Source: Hydrurus foetidus
Lineage: Eukaryota
Assembly: GCA_900617105.1 (NCBI GenBank)
Contig: UYFQ01000569.1
Span: 1-45,016 of the forward strand
DNA: 45,016 bases
Direction of reading: 5' to 3'
Positions within the stretch are counted from its first letter, which is position 1; each line of letters starts with the position of its first letter. The notes under the pieces were generated by a model, which had not been told where the DNA came from, ran no database searches, and saw only the letters and a program-made list of their open reading frames with translations. The translations under genes and the position numbers were made by a program. Of this stretch, positions 23,000-32,257 are shown one piece after another.

Positions 23000-25207
23000 T
23001 TCTCTTTCTCTACACGGTCTCGACCCTCTGGTTCGCATATGGGTATGTACGGTCTAGAACGTACATACCCGGATCCACAATCTTCGTTTCGTACGGATCG
23101 TACGTTCACATTCTCACATTTGAACGTACGTACGTACGATCTCACACCCTGTCCGTACGTACGTTCATGCTCAGTTGCGACGTCTGTACGTCACTGAAGA
23201 TGTCCGTGCGTCTCTAAAAGGCCGTCGATACAAAGTGGAACGTACGTACTTACTATTTCATGTGGGGCAGTTGCATTAGTTACCGTTGAATTGCCCTACT
23301 TAGGGTGCACTAGTGTGCCCAGGCGCCTCCCCCAAGACTCCAACACCGCCGGCTCGATCTTACTCAGCCAACCGGTGGGTCTGGGTTCTGGTCTAGGTTA
23401 GCGATCACCTTCGACCCTCCCGGGCACAGTAGTGGTCGGGCAAGACAAAATAACAAAAAACAACAACAAAACAACATGATAGGTATGGCTGGCTACGGGG
23501 TGAAAAATCTCTTTAACTTGAAAGATTCAGTAAGAAAACGTGTTAAAACTGTATGATATTCAACCTAAATACACTAAGTATATACACCGAAGACTTGCAC
23601 CACAAGTTGCAACAAACTGAAAAGTTTGCGACAAACACTCAGTGGGATGTGTACAGAACCGTATAGTATGCGTGCGCACACAAAACTGAAAACAGGTGTT
23701 GTATTGTGTTCTACATCTACATCCACATCCGCTCTGTGTTCTGTCCTGTACTCTACCTCTCAAAATTTCGCAAGGAATTTCGTATACAAGCCTTTTGTAC
23801 TTTGGATCTGAAAAGGAGCGGCTCGCACCGGTTCCGATCCGACTTCGATCCAGAGAACCCAATCCGCAAGTGCACAAGTTCCCGGCGTCACTTAATTCTC
23901 TTTCTCTACACGGTCTCGACCCTCTGGTTCGCATATGGGTATGTACGGTCTAGAACGTACATACCCGGATCCACAATCTTCGTTTCGTACGGATCGTACG
24001 TTCACATTCTCACATTTGAACGTACGTACGTACGATCTCACACCCTGTCCGTACGTACGTTCATGCTCAGTTGCGATGTCTGTACGTCACTGAAGATGTC
24101 CGTGCGCCTCTAAAAGGCCGTCGATACAAAGTGGAACGTACGTACTTACTATTTCATGTGGGGCAGTTGCATTAGTTACCGTTGAATTGCCCTACTTAGG
24201 GTGCACTAGTGTGCCCAGGCGCCTCCCCCAAGACTCCAACACCGCCGGCTCGATCTTACTCAGCCAACCGGTGGGTCTGGGTTCTGGTCTAGGTTAGCGA
24301 TCACCTTCGACCCTCCCGGGCACAGTAGTGGTCGGGCAAGACAAAATAACAAAAAAAAACAACAACAAAACAACATGATAGGTATGGCTGGCTACGGGGT
24401 GAAAAATCTCTTTAACTTGAAAGATTCAGTAAGAAAACGTGTTAAAACTGTATGATATTCAATCTAAATACACTAAGTATATACACCGAAGACTTGCACC
24501 ACAAGTTGCAACAAACTGAAAAGTTTGCGACAAACACTCAGTGGGATGTGTACAGAACCGTATAGTATGCGTGCGCACACAAAACTGAAAACAGGTGTTG
24601 TATTGTGTTCTACATCTACATCCACATCCGCTCTGTGTTCTGTCCTGTACTCTACCTCTCAAAATTTCGCAAGGAATTTCGTATACAAGCCTTTTGTACT
24701 TTGGATCTGAAAAGGAGCGGCTCGCACCGGTTCCGATCCGACTTCGATCCAGAGAACCCAATCCGCAAGTGCACAAGTTCCCGGCGTCACTTAATTCTCT
24801 TTCTCTACACGGTCTCGACCCTCTGGTTCGCATATGGGTATGTACGGTCTAGAACGTACATACCCGGATTCACAATCTTCGTTTCGTACGGATCGTACGT
24901 TCACATTCTCACATTTGAACGTACGTACGTACGATCTCACACCCTGTCCGTACGTACGTTCATGCTCAGTTGCGATGTCTGTACGTCACTGAAGATGTCC
25001 GTGCGCCTCTAAAAGGCCGTCGATACAAAGTGGAACGTACGTACTTACTATTTCATGTGGGGCAGTTGCATTAGTTACCGTTGAATTGCCCTACTTAGGG
25101 TGCACTAGTGTGCCCAGGCGCCTCCCCCAAGACTCCAACACCGCCGGCTCGATCTTACTCAGCCAACCGGTGGGTCTGGGTTCTGGTCTAGGTTAGCGAT
25201 CACCTTC
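23000..25207. repeat. Tandem terminal repeats: B (413 bp) at 23000-23412, 23896-24308, 24795-25207; spacer C at 23413-23501, 24309-24400; A (394 bp) at 23502-23895, 24401-24794
   Basis: Direct comparison; period 896/899 bp; the copies differ by a few C/T changes and one A-run length (6 vs 9). Confidence 0.95.
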
Positions 25208-26465
25208 ACCCAACAGTCCAAGGTGAGCCCTGTCCGTGTTCCTTGCTTGTGGTATGAACCGCAGGATGTCTTGAACATCAGGGCGGGCACCTCCGTTTAG
25301 TGCATTCGAGGAGAGTGGCCCATGGCCCGCGGACGAGTAGTCATAGGTGTATGTCATCACCCTCGATCCGGATGCATACCCTCCTCTATCTCTCATATCC
25401 TCCTCCGATGCTCCAAGCGCCCGCATGTGAGTCGTAGCGGCCTTGCGCAATGAGTGACTTGAGAAATGCTCAGCTGGTAGGTTCTCCAGTGCGCACGTCT
25501 CCTTTATCTGGTCCCTTATCATCCTCGCAGTGAGCTCTTTCTTCGACCTTCTTCCGCATTTAAGCTCAGTGTACCGAGAAAAGAGTCTGTCAGCTTCAGT
25601 CACCCCTGAGTGAGTCACCCAGCTTATGAGGTCATCCAGGAACTGACCCTCTTCCGGGTCCTTCTCCCTATCAGCTTCATTTTCATAAATGAGCCCGTCT
25701 TCTGGGATGATGCCTTCACCCAGCAGGCGACTACTGACTCTGACCCAGGCAGCATCTGCCCCCTTTCTTTCTTTCCCCACACACCATCTCGAAATCTAGG
25801 TCGCCCACTCGTACACAGTGGTCCTCGCCCCCTCTCTCCGGTGCCGTGTACTCACTCACCCGTGCGTCCATATTGTACGCCCACATCGCTGCCAGGTAGA
25901 TCATCTTCTGATCTATCCCCCCGGTCCCACCCACAACTCACCCATAAGCGGTGCCTCATCCTGATCAGAATGCTCTCGCATAGGGGAGCTTCACACTGGT
26001 ACTCGCACCCTCGTTCCTTTTCTCCCGTAGCTCTGTCGTGCTCAGTCTGCATGCCGTCCGAGCTGCTACAATAATAGGTGAGTCCAGGAATTGACATGGC
26101 AGAAGTGCTGTCATGAAGGAGTGCCGCAGACCAGCTGTGACTGATGTCGCACTCTTGCCACGGGCTCCCTTATCATACCGACTCTGTAGGTACAAAGCCA
26201 CTAGCGCCGCCTTATCATCCTCACGCTCCTCTCTCATGTATGGGTCCTTCCCCCATTCTATGTTGTCGATGAATTCGCACCACCCATGCCACTGACCATC
26301 GTATGTTTTCGCTGTTCCCGTTGTGACCGACTTCCTCAGGAAGTCCCCTAGTACAGCTTTACCCTCGGCCGTAAGTCCTGAGTGACCTGTTTCGAAACAG
26401 CGTGTAGGGATAATGTAACTGTTAGTATTTGTTCCCCACCCACATCGAGTGGTAATGAGGCTACA
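25193..26465 (-). pseudogene. Tyrosine recombinase of the YR retrotransposon, several frameshifts
   Basis: Fragments in changing frames: LRKSVTTGTAKTYDGQW, ARVSEY (R), SSQKTG (K), FSSHSLRKAATT (HxxR), RGGY...TYTY (candidate catalytic Y). Confidence 0.88.
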
Positions 26466-26584
26466 TCAATTGCAGCGTCTCCTATGCCTTCATCCCTACT
26501 TCTTTCACCCTCTCCCATCCCCTTCCGCCCCTCATCCCATCCCTTTCTATCCCCCTTCATCCCATCCCTCCCTATCCCCCTACC

Positions 26585-28702
26585 CTACACTCCGTTGACC
26601 ACCCCCTCCAAAGCGTCCCTGACGCCCCCCCAGAAACCGAGGAAATCCGCTTCTGCATTAAATTTAATGGACGGATCGCAACTTGCGAGGAGGTTTTGAA
26701 CATGCTGACAACCTTGGAGGTCCACCTCTCTGCTATTCTCAAGTCCGATGCTCGTCATCACTTCTTTCATAGTCTTCCCCGACTCCCACAGACGAGAGAG
26801 TGCGTCACATCTGCCATTATCACTGCCAGGTATGTGTACAGACTCCTTGACGATTAACTCTTGGTTAATACAGAGCATAGTAAACACCATGGAGGCGTTC
26901 GAGACATTCACGCCTCTATATCTCTCCGTGCTCACCCACGTGAGGGCAGAAATGCTGTCTCCCCTCATCGTTACGTCTACTCCTCTGATACCGAGTTTGC
27001 TTAAGCCGGCCAGCCCAAGCATCGCGCCGATAAATTCGCAGAGATTCTGATAGGAGGAGTCGCCCTCGAAACTTAAACCGCGGAGACTCACTGCGCTGCC
27101 ACCCAGACACACCTCAGCGCCATTGACTCTTTTATACCATAGAATACCCACTCCGGATAGGGAGGCATCAAACTCGACGATGTACTCCGGCATCGTTTTG
27201 ACAAACGACTGCATTGGTCTGCTGTACCTCTCCTCGTCGAAACGTACAAGCACCAACATGGTGCGCCACAGCCGGATAGCTAACTTTGCCTCACTGTTCA
27301 CGAGAAAAGTTGACATGCGTGTGGTTCTCCCTGCGGCCATCCTATGGAGGGCCGCACTAAATGGCCGCATGGCTCGACATATTGACCCGTATCTACTCCC
27401 CCACGATGCTAGCCTTTGAGCCACACGCAGCGAAATAGGTGCCTCCAGGTCGATCGACATGAAGCCGTATAGGGTGTTAAGAAAATTCTTTCGCGAGATA
27501 GTGACACTCATTAGGTCTAGATCGACCGTGAAGCCAATGATATCCAGTCGCCTTCCCCACTCTGTCTTATCATCTGCCACTGCCGAGGATCCGAGTAGGT
27601 CCGTACATACTCCCCTGGCACGTACGAGATCTTCCGCGAGATCTTCTTCGAAGCATACGCCGATGATGTCATCAACGTACATCTCAATGGAGCTTCTCAG
27701 ACTGTGCGAGAGCTCCCATTTGATGGCTCGAGTGATAGTTTGGAAGGCAGCCGGCGTGCATGCCCATCCAAATATACCAGCTATCTGTAAGTAGACTAGG
27801 CCGCCGGTGACTTCCATACCGAATAAGCCGGCATCCTCAGGACGAAACGAAAGAAGAGTGTACGCTCCTTTCAGGTCCATCTTCCAAAGGCGTAGATGAC
27901 TCCACTGCACTGCTGCGTTCGACTCCACAGCCTTCTCCCAAAACGACATCATCATGCGCACTATCTCTGCGATGGTCGGGTGCTTGATCACACCATATCG
28001 CACTGCTGCAGCTGTGGTGGTTTCTTCACTGTTCAGGGGAGTCCCGGTAACGTAGGTGAGGTCTCCTATTGGCCTCCCACTAGGCTTCCCCTTCTTGGGT
28101 GTCCAATGTGCAGCTCCGAGATGCAGGTTGGGTATGCATTGTACGGCTAAATCCTTTGGTAATAGGAATGCCAACCTCTGTTCCACAATACTGCCAAGCA
28201 TCTTATTCACTGCGGTGTCTACCTTCAGGTACGTACTCCTCAAGGCTGCTGATGGTTGGGTACCGTTCGGCACAAAGTCAGTCGGCAGGGGTACTCGCAT
28301 GCCAATCGCTAGGTCATGAAGGAGGTCCCTCTCGGGATTGTCTGACCTTAGGCGCTCCACTCTCGCGCTACTAAGCCTGTCTCCGGATAAGATTTTCAAT
28401 CTCCGGCGTACCATCACCACTAGGTCCAGTTGGGCAGCCTGAAAACACTTCATGTCGCTCAACAACATGGCTCTCGGGAAGGTGTAGCCACCTGCCCATG
28501 CTACCGCTGCATCGATTCCATACTGCTCATCCGATGCTGCGATTGCCTCGCTGACCACTGCTTCGAGATATGCGCGAGGTAACCGACTTGAGCGAGAAAA
28601 ATATGAATCCGCCATGCTACTGATCTCATCTATCAGCACTAGCGGGATGATGGGTAGCACCTCTCTGACCCTGTTGAGTTTCTCTTTACTCTCCTCAGGT
28701 AG
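26585..28702 (-). CDS. pol: DIRS-type reverse transcriptase / RNase H, in frame with and directly after the gag stop
   Basis: RPIGDL, KMDLKGAY, FGWACTP, MYVDD, IIGF; RNase H FDASLSG, NLCEF, RGDS, NGRCDALSR. The frame is open from 28702 to 26585. Confidence 0.92.
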   Translation of the reverse strand, partial: LPEESKEKLNRVREVLPIIPLVLIDEISSMADSYFSRSSRLPRAYLEAVVSEAIAASDEQYGIDAAVAWAGGYTFPRAMLLSDMKCFQAAQLDLVVMVRRRLKILSGDRLSSARVERLRSDNPERDLLHDLAIGMRVPLPTDFVPNGTQPSAALRSTYLKVDTAVNKMLGSIVEQRLAFLLPKDLAVQCIPNLHLGAAHWTPKKGKPSGRPIGDLTYVTGTPLNSEETTTAAAVRYGVIKHPTIAEIVRMMMSFWEKAVESNAAVQWSHLRLWKMDLKGAYTLLSFRPEDAGLFGMEVTGGLVYLQIAGIFGWACTPAAFQTITRAIKWELSHSLRSSIEMYVDDIIGVCFEEDLAEDLVRARGVCTDLLGSSAVADDKTEWGRRLDIIGFTVDLDLMSVTISRKNFLNTLYGFMSIDLEAPISLRVAQRLASWGSRYGSICRAMRPFSAALHRMAAGRTTRMSTFLVNSEAKLAIRLWRTMLVLVRFDEERYSRPMQSFVKTMPEYIVEFDASLSGVGILWYKRVNGAEVCLGGSAVSLRGLSFEGDSSYQNLCEFIGAMLGLAGLSKLGIRGVDVTMRGDSISALTWVSTERYRGVNVSNASMVFTMLCINQELIVKESVHIPGSDNGRCDALSRLWESGKTMKEVMTSIGLENSREVDLQGCQHVQNLLASCDPSIKFNAEADFLGFWGGVRDALEGVVNGV

Positions 28703-30417
28703 TCATACACGGGTCTTGCCGTTTTTGACCTTACCGAGAGCATCCAATGAAGGCTGGCGGAACCTGTACGCGAGGGTAGCGGCAGTCGCCGACTTCTTGT
28801 CTTCAGTCCATCTGCTGATGTCATCGTGAGCGAATCGACAACCGTCGCCGTACGTACAGGAGAATGTACGTGACGTTTTTGGATCTTGTGCCTTCAGTTG
28901 CCCCGCAAAATGTTCCCCGCACACTGCCTTCGTCACTGCAATGTTTGCGGGAGAGGGTGCCGTTTTGGCCTTCGCTTCTGTCTTGGAAGCTCCAGCGGCT
29001 CCCTTAGTTTGATTACCAAGACGACCTCGATAGTCGAGCAGCTGGTACCTCGCCATGGCTTCATTCAGTTTTTCTTGTGTGTTGAGTGCACTCACAAAGT
29101 CCTTGAGCACCGCGCTCAAATAAGCAGCGCATGCAGTTGGACTGCTGACATCTCGGAGGGTCTTATTAGACGTGGTCGTAGCCATGCGCAATGTCCTAAA
29201 GAATTTTGACAGCGCTACCTCCAATGAGTACAGGAGGAATCCGGACGGTGCGAGTTCCAGGGGCCGATGGAGTCCCTCCAACAGGTCGACAAAACGATTG
29301 GTCGACTTGTGAAACGCAGACCCGTAGAAGATCACGAATACCAGTTCCATGTTCTTGATCGCCACCACTAGGGCTCTGTTCTGCTGTGTGCACGGTGTGA
29401 GCTCGACTGGAATCTTGACCGTCCTCCCAGCAAATTTTTGTAGGTCCAAAGCATCCCCAAGGGGACCACCGAAATCGCCGGTAAGCAGTTTCTTGAGCAA
29501 CGGAATGTCGACTGAGAAGCTCAGACCATAGACCCTATCGAGCAGACCGCAGCATTTGAATCCGGGGTCTCGTTCGCTAATCTGTAGCGTAGACTGTTCG
29601 TTAATCACCCTAGCATATTCCTCAACCTGGAGTATACACTCAGTTCCCATGATGAATTGCCATCTCCTCTCATCGCACACTCGGAACACCACACCCAAGT
29701 TCTTCTCCCTCTCTGCCAAATCCGTCTTAACCCTCGTCGTATGTGGTCGACCCTCTAAATCTATCAACACCTTCACATGCACCTTCTCACCTTGGCTGTG
29801 CACTCCCAAGTCGTCCTGCACACCGAGTCGGATCCGCTTCTCCACGTGCTCGCTCGCGCTTCCTCCAGCCTCTTCCTTTCTGACGCAGACCAAGCGGCAG
29901 CGTGCTGCAGTGCAACGTTCTCTAGATCCTCCATTGCCAACAGAAAGTATGGTGGTGTGGAAACGCTAATCCTGCTGCCTATCGCGAGAGCTCCCTGCAG
30001 CTGATGTCCGTGCCCAGCTAGCCCCACAAGCATCGCGTACGTCGTTGTGCTAGTTGGCTTGCCGCGCAACTGCCACAATTGGACCATAGAATTGTCAAGA
30101 AATCCCAACGTCAAGCTTATACCCTCTGGTAGTGCAGTAGCAGGAAGCAGGAAGGTTGACTTCTTATCCATTTCCTGCCATGGCGTCAGTGCTGCGTTGA
30201 AGCTGAGACGCAGTGTACCCTCTCCTTGATACGCATCATGACTGAAGCTGGAGATGATGTTCAATGACGCCGTTGCTGCATCAGAGAGAATAGCGTATTC
30301 AGGTAGACCATGATTGATCACGTTTGTCGGTGGCCGATCATTCGCTAGACTCGTGAGAGTTGCGATAGCGCTAACTGTGCCGCCAATTCCAGGGAAAACA
30401 AGAGGAATAAGACTCAT
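28703..30417 (-). pseudogene. gag: Gag-like ORF1 of the YR retrotransposon (one frameshift near 29890), C-terminal Cys/His finger
   Basis: ATG a few nt after repeat A; overlapping ORFs 29773..30417 and 28703..29893; terminal C...CTYGDGCRFAH. Confidence 0.75.
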
Positions 30418-30422
30418 GGTTC

Positions 30423-30817
30423 GAAAAAATCTCTTTAACTTGAAAGATTCAGTAAGAAAACGTGTTAAAACTGTATGATATTCAACCTAAATACACTAAG
30501 TATATACACCGAAGACTTGCACCACAAGTTGCAACAAACTGAAAAGTTTGCGACAAACACTCAGTGGGATGTGTACAGAACCGTATAGTATGCGTGCGCA
30601 CACAAAACTGAAAACAGGTGTTGTATTGTGTTCTACATCTACATCCACATCCGCTCTGTGTTCTGTCCTGTACTCTACCTCTCAAAATTTCGCAAGGAAT
30701 TTCGTATACAAGCCTTTTGTACTTTGGATCTGAAAAGGAGCGGCTCGCACCGGTTCCGATCCGACTTCGATCCAGAGAACCCAATCCGCAAGTGCACAAG
30801 TTCCCGGCGTCACTTAA
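30423..30817. repeat. 5' terminal repeat A of the YR retrotransposon
   Basis: Near-identical to 23502-23895 and 24401-24794, ending CGTCACTTAA. Confidence 0.95.
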
Positions 30818-31114
30818 ATATTGCGTGTGTAGGGCTGGCGTTAGTAGAGAGGTGTACTTACGTACGTTACTTTAAGCATGAAAGTAACGCACTACACTTT
30901 GAATGTGTGATTCGATATGCGTATATATATAAGTTAGTTAGTGTTGCGAAGAGTAAGCTTCGTGCACGGTGAACAGGGACGCCGCGCACAAGTTTTAAGA
31001 ACAAGTACTTGACTGTCACTCAGTTATTTTACGAGCCTCAGAACGTTCCCGTACGCCTCACAGCAACGCGAACCGTGGATTTCTGACATCTTAAAACTTA
31101 AGGACAGCAAAGTG

Positions 31115-31674
31115 ATGCCGCCCAAACGCGCAGCGGAAGCAAAGGATTCGACACCAGAATGCATGCTCCGTATAGGAAGATTTAACAACATCGTAGCGTG
31201 GAATCTCGAAATGAGCACATCAGTGGGAGCCGTGTATGGACTCACTGTCAACTTCCTGCTAACGAACACCAGATATGTATCACCACTGCCCCGTAACGAG
31301 GACTTCACAGTGGTGTATCCGGCACCCGCGGAGGGGGAACCGGAGGCCGTGGCGATAACCGCAGCACTTACTGCAAAACTAAAAGAGACGGTCTTTACGA
31401 CCCGTATGAAGTCTATCATACAAGCAAAAGAAGACGAGGCCAAAATCTGGTCTCTAATGTGGCAGAAGATGTCACCCGCATCGCGGTGCAAAGTACAGGA
31501 ACAGGCCGAATACGCGGCTGCAAACATCAGTAAGGACTGTGTGATCCTGTGGGATCTCATCAGACGCACCCATCTAACCCACATAAACGGCGAAGGAGAC
31601 CATCTGCAACTACTCAACGTGAAAGAGCAAGAGTGCCGATACGAGGTCCTTAAACAAGGTGAAAGAGAACATCT
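31115..31674 (+). pseudogene. gag: Copia-B Gag, N-terminal half
   Basis: ORF with MWQKMSPASR...DCVILWDLIRRTH...LKQGEREH; rejoins 40979 in frame (GEREH-LANFMIRFE) once Copia-C and one CATCT are removed. Confidence 0.88.
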
Positions 31675-32198
31675 TGTCGGCTTACGACTGCCATAAGTGC
31701 ATGTTACAGCCGTATATACCGTTAAGTTAATCATCAATTAGCATTATAGATAAATCACATTTTAGTGTTTAAATGCATGTTAAGGAACACACAATAGCAT
31801 ACAGTCAAGCCGCTTCCTCAATGCCTTTCATATCGTATGTTATGCTATTGTTATAGTACCTCAAACATAGCCCTAGCAGACCCGGGTAACATTTAGTACG
31901 AGACTCATCACCTACCATCCCTCCAGTATGTATAAGTGTATGAACTACTACCTCATTTATCATATGCAGAGAATTATCTCCTGCGATCTGACATTTCGGG
32001 AACTGCAACGTCAGAGTAACTTCTAGACGTTTGTCAGGTAGATTGCTTGCCACCATTCGTTACCTTTTGTGTCGCCAACCAAGTTTCTAACTCATAATTA
32101 AACTATTTTCCGTTGCACGATATTACATCGTGGGTCCTCACAAATCCAATTTGCTCTTGACCACGGCGCCGCGCTTATACGCTTGCTGCCAACTCACA
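31675..32198 (+). repeat. Copia-C 5' LTR
   Basis: TGTCGG...CTCACA; no difference from 40450-40973 seen by eye. Confidence 0.97.
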
Positions 32199-32210
32199 TG
32201 GTAGCGATTG
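32199..32210 (+). promoter_or_regulatory. Primer binding site (TGGTAGCG..., initiator-Met-tRNA-like)
   Basis: TGG directly after the LTR CA; TGGTAGCG matches the start of the yeast Ty1 iMet PBS. The cognate host tRNA was not verified. Confidence 0.75.
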
Positions 32211-32257
32211 GACAAGGTTTCTAAAGACCAGCCGCCACAGATTTTGCCATCGACTTT

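Larger units (their letters stand above)
23000..30817 (-). mobile_element. Tyrosine-recombinase retrotransposon with split direct repeats (DIRS order, Ngaro/PAT-like)
   Basis: Minus-strand gag, RT/RNase H and YR; element-sense layout A-ORFs-B-A-C-B-A-C-B; no TSD (flanks TGTTGG and ATATTG); no methyltransferase ORF recognised. Confidence 0.92.

Noticed and set aside
23190..23245. Hammerhead ribozyme core (CTGAAGA in repeat B)
   Set aside because: No stem II closed by GAAA and no matching cleavage triplet could be arranged on either strand by eye.
23494..23502. TACGGGGTG in spacer C identical to the Copia-C PPT (40441-40449)
   Set aside because: Only 9 nt, antisense to the YR element, and no LTR start follows; probably chance.
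23560..25012. Repeated 60-135 aa ORFs in repeats A/B (also 30482-30972)
   Set aside because: They recur only because the DNA is repeated and show no protein-like motifs.
23000..25207. CRISPR-like array or satellite
   Set aside because: The units are ~0.9 kb with no unique spacers and are explained as split direct repeats of the YR element.
26348..26560. 70-aa ORF as the YR N-terminus ending in a premature stop
   Set aside because: It is in a different frame from the YR segment GKAVLGDFLRKS and derives largely from the G-rich spacer.
31805..32056. 83-aa antisense ORF duplicated at 40580-40831 (likewise ORFs in the Copia-A LTRs)
   Set aside because: It lies within LTRs; the duplication reflects LTR identity and there is no coding evidence.
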